From contig CAZBOR010000007.1 in the NCBI GenBank assembly GCA_964493585.1, positions 1 to 29,618 of the forward strand: DNA of 29,618 bases, in the 5' to 3' direction. Of the stretch, positions 1-7,890 are shown piece by piece. The notes under the pieces are model-generated. The model had not been told where the DNA came from. It did not search any database and worked only from the letters and a program-made list of their open reading frames with translations. Origin of the DNA: an uncultured Oscillospiraceae bacterium. Its GTDB lineage: Bacteria; Bacillota; Clostridia; Oscillospirales; Oscillospiraceae. The position numbers were made by a program, and so were the translations under genes. Each line of letters opens with the position of its first letter. The stretch's first letter is position 1.

Positions 1-1454
1 CAGACGCGGAGGAAAAGGGCATCGAGGCGTGTACCGCCTGGCTGGGCCAGGAGCCTGTGATCCTCACCTCGGAGGAGTATCCCTGGTTCGGCGTGGACGA
101 GAATGGCGGTCTCCAGTTCTACCCCAGCGATTATGACTATACCAAATATGAGGACAGCGACGACGACGCCTTTTTTCCGACCATTCTGGACGGGACCCTG
201 GTGACGGGCTTCGGCGAGGACTGCTTTGAGAATGTGTCATGGGACAATACCCCCGTGGACGTGCCGGCCAACTACACCTGGGTGGGGAGCTATGCCTTTG
301 CGGGCTGCGACGGCCTGACCAGAATCAATCTCAGCGCGAATACGACGTCTATTGAGAAAAAAGCGTTCTATAACTGCGACAGCCTCACGGCTGTGGTGAT
401 GCCGGACAGTCTGGAGTATCTGGGCGAGAGCGCCTTTGAAGGCTGCGACTATCTGAATTCCGTGACATTGAACGAGGGCCTTGTGGAGATTGGCGAGTAT
501 GCGTTTTACGACTGCGGAAGTCTGAAAAGCATTACCATTCCCGGCACGGTACAGAATGTGGGGAAGCAGGCATTCTACCAATCCAATCTGGAGAGCCTGA
601 CATTGGAGGAAGGCGTGGGCTATCTGGGCGAAAAATCCTTTTCCAGCTGCGACAGCCTCGTCTCTGTGACGATCCCCTCCACTGCGGAGGTGGGAAATTA
701 TGCCTTTGCGTACTGTGACAATCTGGGGACCGTGGTGCTCACCAGCGGCGTGACGACGATCGACGAGGGCGCGTTCCGGGAATGCCCGCAGCTATGGAAT
801 CTGGGCATCAGCGATACCCTCTCGGTGATCGGCGACTGCGCGTTCTATCAGGACGGAGCGCTCAGCAGCATTTCCCTGCCGGCCACCATCACCTATATCG
901 GGGCCAGCGCCTTTTCCGGGTGCGACGGTATCGGCGAGATCTGGATCGCGGACAACGATGGACTGGTCATCGGGGACGAGGCCTTCTATAGCTGCGACAG
1001 TCTCAGCGGCGCCAGCCTGGGCGTCGGCACCACCAGCCTGGGCGAGAGCGCCTTCGACTGCTGCGGCAGCATGACCTGGGTGACGCTGCCTGAGGGCCTG
1101 ACCTCCATTGGGAACTACTGCTTTGCCGCGGACGCCCTCTATGAGGTGAGTATCCCCAGCACTGTCACCTACATCGGCGAAGGGGCCTTCAAGGAGTGCG
1201 ACTACCTCCAGGGCATTTCGATCCCCGCCGGGGTGTCGATCCTTGAATCCGGGACCTTTGCCTACTGCGACAGCCTCTACTGGGTGTGGTTCAAGGGAGA
1301 AATGAGCATCATCCGGGACGACGCATTCAGCGGCTGCGGCAGCTTTGCCCAGGTGTACTACAGCGGCAGCGCCGATTCCTGGTATGCGGTGAGCACCGGC
1401 AACAACGAGGTGCTGTCCAATGCCCAGTTGATTTCCGATTTCTATGGGAATTGA
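1..1454 (+). CDS. BspA/TpLRR-type leucine-rich repeat surface protein, 5'-truncated at the window edge
   Basis: Reading frame is open from nt 3 with no stop, so the gene starts upstream and GTG at 57 is not the true start. About 20 tandem ~23-aa repeats of pattern (A/E)F.xCxxLxx(V/I)x(I/L)Pxx(V/L)xxIGxx fit the BspA/Treponema LRR family. Stop TGA at 1452-1454. Confidence 0.75.
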   Translation, partial: DAEEKGIEACTAWLGQEPVILTSEEYPWFGVDENGGLQFYPSDYDYTKYEDSDDDAFFPTILDGTLVTGFGEDCFENVSWDNTPVDVPANYTWVGSYAFAGCDGLTRINLSANTTSIEKKAFYNCDSLTAVVMPDSLEYLGESAFEGCDYLNSVTLNEGLVEIGEYAFYDCGSLKSITIPGTVQNVGKQAFYQSNLESLTLEEGVGYLGEKSFSSCDSLVSVTIPSTAEVGNYAFAYCDNLGTVVLTSGVTTIDEGAFRECPQLWNLGISDTLSVIGDCAFYQDGALSSISLPATITYIGASAFSGCDGIGEIWIADNDGLVIGDEAFYSCDSLSGASLGVGTTSLGESAFDCCGSMTWVTLPEGLTSIGNYCFAADALYEVSIPSTVTYIGEGAFKECDYLQGISIPAGVSILESGTFAYCDSLYWVWFKGEMSIIRDDAFSGCGSFAQVYYSGSADSWYAVSTGNNEVLSNAQLISDFYGN

Positions 1455-1467
1455 GAGGAGGAGAATC

Positions 1468-3252
1468 ATGGCAAAGTTTGTGATTGAATGCCCTAGCTGC
1501 CAGAGCTATGTGCGGGTGTCCGGCGGCCTGTTCGCGAAAAAAGCGATCACCTGCCGCTGCGGTCAGGTCATTGATATTCAGGCCAACCGCATGATGAGCC
1601 GGGTATGCCCCCACTGCGGGAACAGCGTGGTCTTTGACGCAGCCAAGGGCGAAAAGGCGAAATGCCCCGTCTGCAAGGAGCTAATCAACACCACTGCGGA
1701 GCAGAGCCATACCGAGGAATTTGTCTGCGCCCAGTGCGGCATCCGGCTCCGGGCGGACAAAAACGCGGCCACCTACCGCTGCCCGGCCTGCGGCGCCGAG
1801 AACGACGTTCAGGCCCAGATTGCAAAGGAGCGCATCTCCCGCCAGGGCGTGGCCAGCATCATCAAGTACGAGGGCGACAACAAGACCTTTATCTGGAAGC
1901 ACCCCGTTGAGGATTTCAACATGGGCTCCCAGCTCATCGTCCATGAGACTCAGGAGGCGGTGTTCTTCCGGGACGGTCAGGCGCTGGACAGCCTGGGACC
2001 GGGACGGCATACCCTGGAGACCCAGTCCCTGCCGATCCTGGAGAAATTCTACAAGCTCCCCACGGATTCCACCAAAACCTTCCATGCCGAAGTCTATTTC
2101 ATCAATCTGACCACCCAGATGGGGATCAAGTGGGGGACCGACTCCAAGGTCCGGGTGAAGGACCCGGTCAACGGCTTCTATGTGGAGCTGGGCGCGGGCG
2201 GCGAGTTCAGCCTGAAGGTCAGCGACCCCAGGCGGCTGCTGCTGAAGCTGGTGGGAACTGGCTCCGGCATTGGCCAGGAGGACCTGCTGAGCACCGGCAC
2301 CGTGGGCGGCGTCAGCCGTCAGACCGGCTATCTGCGGGGCATGATCGTCACCCATATCAAGACCTATCTGGCCCAGACCATCCGCCAGGAGAACATCAAT
2401 ATTCTGGAGATCGACGACAAGCTGCTGGAGCTGAGCCAGGGCATGAAGGCCGTCATCAATCAGGAGCTGCGGGAATACGGCCTGACCATGCCGGACTTCT
2501 TCGTGAACCGCATTGTCACCCCGGATGACGATGAGAACTTCATCCGGCTCAAGCAGCAGTTCGCCCAGGAGGTCCTGGACGTCCGGCAGGAGGCCATCCG
2601 GCAAAGGACCGCCGAGGCCGCCCGCGACCGTATGCGGGTGGAGGCCGAGACCCAGGCGGAGATGCAGATCATCGCCGCCAAGGCGGAGGCCGAGGCCAAG
2701 CGTCAGGCCATTCTGGTGGAGGCGGAGGAAATGCGCCTCAAGGGATACAGCTATCAGCAGGAGACGGCCCGGCAGGTGGGGCTGAACGCCACCGGACAGA
2801 TCGGCGAGGGCGGCGGCTCCGGCGGTCTGGGGGACCTGATGGGTCTGGGCGTGGCCATGGGAGCCATGGGCTCCATCGCCAGCACCACCCGGAACGCGGT
2901 GTCCGGGATGATGGAGCCCGGCAGCGTTCCGGCAGGGAGCTGGACCTGTAGCTGCGGTGCTCAGAACACCGGGAAATTCTGCGCCGAGTGCGGCGCGCCC
3001 AAGCCCCAGACGGCGGAGAGCTGGACCTGTGCCTGCGGCGCGCAGAATACGGGCAAGTTCTGCTCGGAGTGCGGCGCGCCCAAGCCCCAGACAGCGGAGA
3101 GCTGGACCTGTAGCTGCGGGGCCAGAAACACCGGGAAATTCTGCGCCGAGTGCGGTGCGCCGCGCCCGGATGGGACCTGGACCTGCTCCTGCGGGCAGAC
3201 GGGCATCACCGGAAAATTCTGCCCGGAGTGCGGCAAAAAGAAGGGAGAATGA
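1468..3252 (+). CDS. Multi-zinc-ribbon Band-7/SPFH-like protein (Band_7_1/COG4260-like core with a coiled-coil), 594 aa
   Basis: RBS GAGGAGGAG at 1455-1463 is followed by ATG 1468; the track's upstream M at 1444 lies inside the RBS. The N-terminus has three CxxC...CxxC pairs: CPSC/CRCG, CPHCG/CPVC, CAQCG/CPACG. The core IWKHPVEDFNMGSQLIVHETQEAVFFRDGQALDSLGPGRHTLETQSLPIL resembles SPFH 'virion-core-like' proteins. An Ala/Glu/Arg-rich coiled-coil follows, then a Gly-rich linker. The C-terminus has four tandem WTCxCGxxNTGKFCxECGAP repeats. Stop TGA at 3250-3252. Confidence 0.7.
   Translation: MAKFVIECPSCQSYVRVSGGLFAKKAITCRCGQVIDIQANRMMSRVCPHCGNSVVFDAAKGEKAKCPVCKELINTTAEQSHTEEFVCAQCGIRLRADKNAATYRCPACGAENDVQAQIAKERISRQGVASIIKYEGDNKTFIWKHPVEDFNMGSQLIVHETQEAVFFRDGQALDSLGPGRHTLETQSLPILEKFYKLPTDSTKTFHAEVYFINLTTQMGIKWGTDSKVRVKDPVNGFYVELGAGGEFSLKVSDPRRLLLKLVGTGSGIGQEDLLSTGTVGGVSRQTGYLRGMIVTHIKTYLAQTIRQENINILEIDDKLLELSQGMKAVINQELREYGLTMPDFFVNRIVTPDDDENFIRLKQQFAQEVLDVRQEAIRQRTAEAARDRMRVEAETQAEMQIIAAKAEAEAKRQAILVEAEEMRLKGYSYQQETARQVGLNATGQIGEGGGSGGLGDLMGLGVAMGAMGSIASTTRNAVSGMMEPGSVPAGSWTCSCGAQNTGKFCAECGAPKPQTAESWTCACGAQNTGKFCSECGAPKPQTAESWTCSCGARNTGKFCAECGAPRPDGTWTCSCGQTGITGKFCPECGKKKGE
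2938..3237 (+). repeat. In-frame tandem repeat, 81-bp period, about 3.7 copies, encoding C-terminal zinc-ribbon repeats
   Basis: Units begin at 2938, 3019 and 3100 with AGCTGGACCTGT; a degenerate fourth unit starts near 3172. Copies differ mainly at synonymous third positions, e.g. gct cag aac acc ggg aaa versus gcg cag aat acg ggc aag. Confidence 0.85.
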
Positions 3253-3255
3253 GCC

Positions 3256-3921
3256 ATGAAGCAGAAGTATTCTGTATTGGCAGTGGCAGGCATCCTGCTG
3301 GTGCTGTTTTCCTTGATCGTGTTTATCGCGCCGTTCCCCAAGACGGGGGTGTTCTGGCTTTCCTATGTGTTTGCGTTGATCGCCATAGCCGCGCAGCTCC
3401 TGTTTGTGTATGTGGCCTTCTCCGACGGCACATCGGCCCGGAGCCGGTTCTACGGTTTCCCCATTTTCCGCATCGGCATCATCTATCTGGTGGTTCAGCT
3501 TGCGCTGAGCGTGGTGTTTATGCTCCTGGGCAGATGGATTCCCATGTGGATACCGACCCTGTGTGATCTGGTGGTGCTGGGATTGGCGGCCATCGGCCTG
3601 ATCGCGGCGGACAACGTCCGGGACAGCGTCCGCGTGGTGGAGCAGAAGCAGGCGGACAATACCCGCCAGATGCGCGCCCTGCGCCGCACCGCCGATGTGC
3701 TGGCCCAGCGCTATCCGGAGCTTTCCCCGGTGGCCGAGGCGCTGCACCTTGCGGATCCGGTGTCAACGGGGGCCTCGGAGGAGTACGAACGCCACATCTA
3801 TGATCTGCTGCGGGAAATGGAACAATGCCCGGATGAGGCCGGCCGTATTCAGCGGAAGAATCAGGTCCTGGAGGCCATCTCCCAGCGAAATGCCGTCTGC
3901 AAGGCCGGCAAGACAAGATAA
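3256..3921 (+). CDS. Hypothetical membrane protein: four predicted TM helices plus a roughly 100-aa charged alpha-helical C-terminal domain
   Basis: ATG at 3256 lies 3 nt after the upstream stop, with RBS AAGGGAG overlapping that stop, so it is translationally coupled. Hydrophobic segments: AVAGILLVLFSLIVFIA, VFWLSYVFALIAIAAQLLFVYVAF, IFRIGIIYLVVQLALSVVFMLL and LCDLVVLGLAAIGLIAA. Confidence 0.6.
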   Translation: MKQKYSVLAVAGILLVLFSLIVFIAPFPKTGVFWLSYVFALIAIAAQLLFVYVAFSDGTSARSRFYGFPIFRIGIIYLVVQLALSVVFMLLGRWIPMWIPTLCDLVVLGLAAIGLIAADNVRDSVRVVEQKQADNTRQMRALRRTADVLAQRYPELSPVAEALHLADPVSTGASEEYERHIYDLLREMEQCPDEAGRIQRKNQVLEAISQRNAVCKAGKTR

Positions 3922-3925
3922 TTCG

Positions 3926-3977
3926 GCGCCCGGAGCTGTCCCAAATCGGTCAGCTCCGGGCTTTTCACTGTTTTTTT
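3926..3977 (+). terminator. Rho-independent terminator ending the LRR / Zn-ribbon-SPFH / membrane-protein operon
   Basis: GC stem GCGCCCGGAGCTG (3926-3938) pairs with CAGCTCCGGG (3951-3960) across a 12-nt loop. It is followed by CTTTTCACTGTTTTTTT at 3961-3977. Confidence 0.8.
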
Positions 3978-4008
3978 ACGGGTTGTTCATACACTTTTGC
4001 GGATGTTG

Positions 4009-4017
4009 TGCTATAAT
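4009..4017 (+). promoter_or_regulatory. Extended -10 promoter element TGcTATAAT for the LtaS-family gene
   Basis: tgTGcTATAAT at 4007-4017 sits 36 nt upstream of ATG 4053. No good -35 is seen at 17-nt spacing. GGAG at about 4039-4042 serves as RBS. Confidence 0.55.
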
Positions 4018-4052
4018 GACCGGAGAGATTTTTACAATGGAGTGTTTCTTAG

Positions 4053-6191
4053 ATGCAGTATTCACGGCGGTCCGTTCGTATTGGAGCGGTCATATCCTTT
4101 GTGCTGTTCGCTCTGATCGCGGTCCAATACGAGAAATTCCTTGCTGTAGAGGACTGGGGCTGGCTCATGTACGCGGTGAGCCTTGGGGCGGCGCTGCTGG
4201 TCTGGCCGATGCTGGCGGTCCGGTGGACAAGTCCCAGATGGCTCCGCGGCATCTGCATGGTCTGGCTGATGACTGCCGCGCCCCTTATCATGATGATCGC
4301 CGTGGAGCGGCTCAACGGCAATTATATCACCGGCTTTCTGTCCGGGGACGAGGACGTGCTGGCCAACTATGTGGTGTATATGCTGCTGTACCTGCTGGTG
4401 TTTGGACTGAGCGGCAGCCTGCGTATCTCCATCCTGACGGTCAGCCCGGTGGTGCTGCTGTTCGGCATCGCCAATATGTACGTCAAGGAGTTCAAGGGCA
4501 GCCCTCTGGTACCCATGGACCTGGGCAGCATCGCCACGGCGGCCAACGTGGCGGCGGGCTATACCTACGAGATCGGCTATGAGATATTGTTCGCGGTGGC
4601 GCTGACGGCGGCGCTGATGGCGGCGGCCTCCCGGCTCCGCATGAGCCGATGGAAGCTGCCGGCAAAGCTCGTGGTCCGGGCCCTGTGCCTGCTGGTGGTG
4701 GGCGGCTTCGCCTATACCTTCTATTGCACGGACATTGTGGCGGACAACGGGCTCAAGCCGGACTTCTTTAATCAGACCCGCGGCTACAGGAACCACGGCG
4801 CGCTGCTGGAGTTCACGCTGAACACCAAGTACCTCTGGCTGGTGGAGCCCTCCGGCTATGACGCGGACGCGGTGGAGGACATCGTGGCGGAGCAGCTCGC
4901 CGACGGCACGGACAACATTCTGGTCACGGCGCTGGTGCGCCAGGGCATGGACCGGACGGAGGCGGAGGAGTATGTGAATTCCATTCTGACCGCCGGGGAG
5001 CAGGGCGTCACGCCCAATATCATCGTCATCATGAACGAGAGCTTTTCAGACCTGCGGGTGGTGGGGGATATTGAAACGAACATCCCCTATATGCCCTTTA
5101 TCGACAGCCTGGAGGAGAACACGATCCAGGGCAACGTCTATGTGTCCACCATCGGCACCGGCACCAGCAACACGGAGTTTGAGTTCCTGACGGGAAATAC
5201 CATGGCCTTTCTCCCGGCGGGGAGCAACGCCTATCAGCTCTATGTGAAGCAGCAGCAGCCCGGACTGGTGTCCACGCTGCTGCATCAGAACTACACCGCC
5301 GACGCCTTCCATCCCTACTTTGAGAGCAGCTGGAACCGGGTCAGCGTCTACGACCTGATGGGGTTCCGGGATTTCATCACCCTGGAGGACATCGTTGACG
5401 AGGACATCATCGAGCGGTACAAGTCCAGCGGCTACAGCTACAGCCTCTATAAGCGGCTGCTGAAGCAGCGCTATCCCGACGAGGACATCATTCTCCGGCG
5501 GTATGTCAGCGACGAGTATGATTTTCAGAAGGTCATTGAGATGTACGAGAACAAGGACGACCAGCCCTTCTTCCTGTTCAACGTCACCATGCAGTCCCAC
5601 TCCAGCTACGACCAGAAGTTCGACAACTTTGACCAGGAGGTGTATCTGACCTCCACGGAGAAGGAGTACCCCAAGACGGACCAGTACCTGTCCCTCATCA
5701 AGCGCACGGACGACGCCTTTCAGGAGCTGCTGGAATACTTCTCCGAGGTGGAGGAGCCGACCATCATCCTGATGTTTGGGGACCATCAGCCCTTTATCGA
5801 GGACGCCTTCTACAGCGAGGTCATGGGCCAGTCCGTCAGCCAGATGGACGATGAGACCCAGCAAAAGCGCTATATCACCCGGTTCATCCTGTGGGCCAAC
5901 TACGACATCCCGGAGGGCTGGATCGACGAGATCAGCATGAACTATCTGTCCACGCTGCTGCTGCAGGTGGCGGGGCTGGAAATGCCGGACTACAACGCCT
6001 ATCTGGCGGACCTCTATACCCGGATGCCGGTCATTACGGCCCTGGGCTGCCGGGACGCGGAGGGAAACTACTTCCAGGCGGACCAGGCCACAGACCTCCG
6101 GACCCTGGTGCAGAACTACCGCTATGTGGCCTATAACAATCTGGCCGACACGGAAAACCGCAAGGACAGATTGTTCTATTTGGGGGACTGA
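4053..6191 (+). CDS. LTA-synthase (LtaS) family membrane sulfatase-fold transferase
   Basis: An N-terminal polytopic membrane region of about 230 aa precedes an extracytoplasmic alkaline-phosphatase/sulfatase domain. It carries the LtaS-like nucleophile motif STIGTGTSNTEFEFLTGN and the metal-binding motif ILMFGDHQP. Stop TGA at 6189-6191. Confidence 0.7.
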   Translation: MQYSRRSVRIGAVISFVLFALIAVQYEKFLAVEDWGWLMYAVSLGAALLVWPMLAVRWTSPRWLRGICMVWLMTAAPLIMMIAVERLNGNYITGFLSGDEDVLANYVVYMLLYLLVFGLSGSLRISILTVSPVVLLFGIANMYVKEFKGSPLVPMDLGSIATAANVAAGYTYEIGYEILFAVALTAALMAAASRLRMSRWKLPAKLVVRALCLLVVGGFAYTFYCTDIVADNGLKPDFFNQTRGYRNHGALLEFTLNTKYLWLVEPSGYDADAVEDIVAEQLADGTDNILVTALVRQGMDRTEAEEYVNSILTAGEQGVTPNIIVIMNESFSDLRVVGDIETNIPYMPFIDSLEENTIQGNVYVSTIGTGTSNTEFEFLTGNTMAFLPAGSNAYQLYVKQQQPGLVSTLLHQNYTADAFHPYFESSWNRVSVYDLMGFRDFITLEDIVDEDIIERYKSSGYSYSLYKRLLKQRYPDEDIILRRYVSDEYDFQKVIEMYENKDDQPFFLFNVTMQSHSSYDQKFDNFDQEVYLTSTEKEYPKTDQYLSLIKRTDDAFQELLEYFSEVEEPTIILMFGDHQPFIEDAFYSEVMGQSVSQMDDETQQKRYITRFILWANYDIPEGWIDEISMNYLSTLLLQVAGLEMPDYNAYLADLYTRMPVITALGCRDAEGNYFQADQATDLRTLVQNYRYVAYNNLADTENRKDRLFYLGD

Positions 6192-6883
6192 AGCCTGTAG
6201 CTTAAAAGGAGCGCCTTGTCCTCCGGCGTGACCCGGCGGCTCTCCCGGCACTTCTGGATGGCCTTGTTCTGGACCCAGGGGGAGAGGCTCTGCCGCCGGA
6301 GCAGCGCCAGGGTCGGGTCCCGGAATTGTATAAAGCACTCGGACAGGGCCCAGGCCACGGCCATGTTGACATAATATCCGTCGTGGCGGATGCCGCTCAG
6401 GGTGTCCAGCACCCGATCAATGTAGTCCTCCGTGAGAAAATCGTCCATGAGCATGACCACGGCGAACCGCAGCGCAAATTCCTCCCGGCCCCGCAGATAG
6501 GGCTGAAGGAACGCCCAGGTTTCCGGCAGGTGCTTCTTTCCGTCCCGGATGCTGCCGGCAACGCAGTCGCAGATAGCCCAGTTGCGGATCTCCGGCACGA
6601 AGTCCCGGAGCAAATCCAGCCGCCGGGGATAGCCGCAGGGGGCGGTGGCCGTGACCAGGCCGCGGAGCATGGTGATCTCATATACCGGGCTGCCCCTGGC
6701 GGCGGATAAAAAGCTCTGCCAGTCACCCCGGAGCAGCTCTTTGGCGATGCGCCGAAGCTGGGGCATCCGCACCCCGTAGGAGGTGTTTTCCGCGCCGGGG
6801 ATCAGGCCCTCGTTGAAGCGCCGGTATTTCTCGTCGCCCAGGGCCTCCAGCCGCGCCAGCAGCGGCGCAAGTGGATCGGACAT
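6176..6883 (-). CDS. DNA alkylation repair protein (AlkD/AlkC-like HEAT-repeat DNA glycosylase family)
   Basis: ATG is the reverse complement of 6881-6883, giving MSDPLAPLLARLEALGDEKYRRFNEGLIPGAE... with GGAAG upstream. The track ORF extends to 7030 as an unsupported N-terminal extension. The sequence matches the DNA_alkylation family pattern. The 3' end overlaps the LtaS-like gene by 16 bp (6176-6191). Confidence 0.65.
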   Translation of the reverse strand: MSDPLAPLLARLEALGDEKYRRFNEGLIPGAENTSYGVRMPQLRRIAKELLRGDWQSFLSAARGSPVYEITMLRGLVTATAPCGYPRRLDLLRDFVPEIRNWAICDCVAGSIRDGKKHLPETWAFLQPYLRGREEFALRFAVVMLMDDFLTEDYIDRVLDTLSGIRHDGYYVNMAVAWALSECFIQFRDPTLALLRRQSLSPWVQNKAIQKCRESRRVTPEDKALLLSYRLQSPK

Positions 6884-6960
6884 TCCATCACTTCCTTTTC
6901 GGTTGTATGATACATGATACCATAAGCGGCGGCAAAAAACAATGTATGGAGGGTAGCGGC

Positions 6961-7440
6961 ATGAACAAGACCAACGCGATGCGGCTGCTGGACGCGGCCG
7001 GGATCGCCTACAGGGCGGTGGAGTATCCATACGACGAAAACGACCTGGGCGGAATGCACGTGGCGGCGGCCACCGGCATGGACCCGGACCGGATCTTCAA
7101 GACCCTGGTGGCCAGGGGAGAGCGGAAGGGGATACTGGTGTTCTGTATTCCCGTGAGCTGCACCCTGGATCTGAAAAAAGCGGCGATAGCCGCCGGGGAC
7201 AAGAAGGTGGAGATGACCCACATGAAGGAGCTTCTGGGGCTGACGGGCTATATCCGGGGCGGGTGCAGCCCCGTGGGCATGAAGAAGAAGTATCCCACCT
7301 TCATCGAGGAGACGGCGCTGCTCTACGATGAGATCGCCGTGTCCGGCGGAGCGCGGGGACTCCAGGTGCTGCTGGAGCCGGCGGCGCTGCTGGAGTACAC
7401 GGAGGCCGCAGCGGCGGACCTGACGGAGATCCCCCATTGA
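6961..7440 (+). CDS. ybaK: Cys-tRNA(Pro)/Cys-tRNA(Cys) deacylase YbaK
   Basis: RBS GGAGGG at 6947-6952 is followed by ATG 6961. The N-terminus MNKTNAMRLLDAAGIAYRAVEYPYDE is typical of the YbaK/EbsC family, and a GxxGY(I)RGGCSPVG motif is present. The track's 6871 start is an upstream extension overlapping the divergent AlkD start. Confidence 0.75.
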   Translation: MNKTNAMRLLDAAGIAYRAVEYPYDENDLGGMHVAAATGMDPDRIFKTLVARGERKGILVFCIPVSCTLDLKKAAIAAGDKKVEMTHMKELLGLTGYIRGGCSPVGMKKKYPTFIEETALLYDEIAVSGGARGLQVLLEPAALLEYTEAAAADLTEIPH

Positions 7441-7456
7441 TTCCGGCGGAGAAGTG

Positions 7457-7465
7457 TGCTAAAAT
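7457..7465 (+). promoter_or_regulatory. Extended -10 promoter element TGcTAAAAT for the TSCPD gene
   Basis: tgTGcTAAAAT at 7455-7465 lies within the last codons of ybaK, 26 nt upstream of the GTG start. Confidence 0.45.
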
Positions 7466-7490
7466 GAAGCAAAAAAAGGAGGTAAAAACC

Positions 7491-7739
7491 GTGGATTATG
7501 AATACAAGACCAAGGGCGTATGTTCCCGGAAGATCACATTTTCCGTGGAGGATGGCAAGGTGCGGAACGTGGCCTTTGAGGGCGGCTGCAACGGCAACGG
7601 CAAGGGCGTTTCCGCGCTGGTGGATGGAATGGACGTGGACGAGGCCATCTCCCGCATGAAGGGCATCACCTGCGGCATGAAGCCCACCTCATGCCCGGAC
7701 CAGCTTGCCCGGGCGCTGGAGCAGACAAAGGCGCAATAA
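7491..7739 (+). CDS. TSCPD-domain 4-Cys small protein (TIGR03905-like), 82 aa
   Basis: A canonical RBS AAAGGAGGT at 7476-7484 sits 6 nt before GTG 7491. The product MDYEYKTKGVCSRKITFSVEDGKVRNVAFEGGCNGNGKGVSALVDGM...GITCGMKPTSCPDQLARAL carries the family-defining motifs TSCPD and GGCNGN. The track's 7437 start has no RBS. Confidence 0.7.
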   Translation: MDYEYKTKGVCSRKITFSVEDGKVRNVAFEGGCNGNGKGVSALVDGMDVDEAISRMKGITCGMKPTSCPDQLARALEQTKAQ

Positions 7740-7890
7740 GCCTGCTTTTCCATAAAATACTTCGCTTTATGGGAAAACAGTATAAAACAAGGAAATATCG
7801 GGAATCCTCCCTATACCGGGCTTCTGTCAGACGCCGAAAAGCGTTTGACGGCGCGGAAGGCGCCTTGAAGCCTGTATAAGGAGGATTTTT

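Noticed and set aside
57-59. GTG at 57 as the start of the LRR gene
   Set aside because: The frame is open back to nt 3 with no stop, and the N-terminal sequence lacks a signal peptide. The gene almost certainly begins upstream of the window.
1444-1467. ORF-track start ATG 1444 for the Zn-ribbon/SPFH gene
   Set aside because: The GAGGAGGAG Shine-Dalgarno lies inside this extension and is perfectly spaced for ATG 1468. Position 1444 also overlaps the upstream gene.
2938-3237. Tandem repeats as a possible CRISPR array or minisatellite
   Set aside because: The repeats are in frame within a CDS and encode zinc-ribbon modules. They have no spacer/repeat architecture and no cas genes.
1681-3747. 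688-aa minus-strand ORF antisense to the Zn-ribbon/SPFH and membrane-protein genes
   Set aside because: Low-complexity Ala/Gly/Arg/Leu-rich translation typical of antisense frames in high-GC DNA. No RBS. It fully overlaps well-supported + strand genes.
5046-6338. 430-aa minus-strand ORF antisense to the LtaS-like gene
   Set aside because: Antisense shadow. The LtaS-family motifs on the + strand are decisive.
6871-6960. Upstream extensions of ybaK (6871) and the alkD-like gene (to 7030), which would make the divergent genes overlap by 160 bp
   Set aside because: Both conserved family N-termini begin at internal Met residues with proper RBSs (6961 and 6883). The extensions encode Cys/Arg/Pro-rich junk.
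7691-7879. 62-aa + strand ORF in the TSCPD-rbr spacer
   Set aside because: It overlaps the TSCPD 3' end in another frame, has no RBS and a Lys/Arg-rich nonsense composition.
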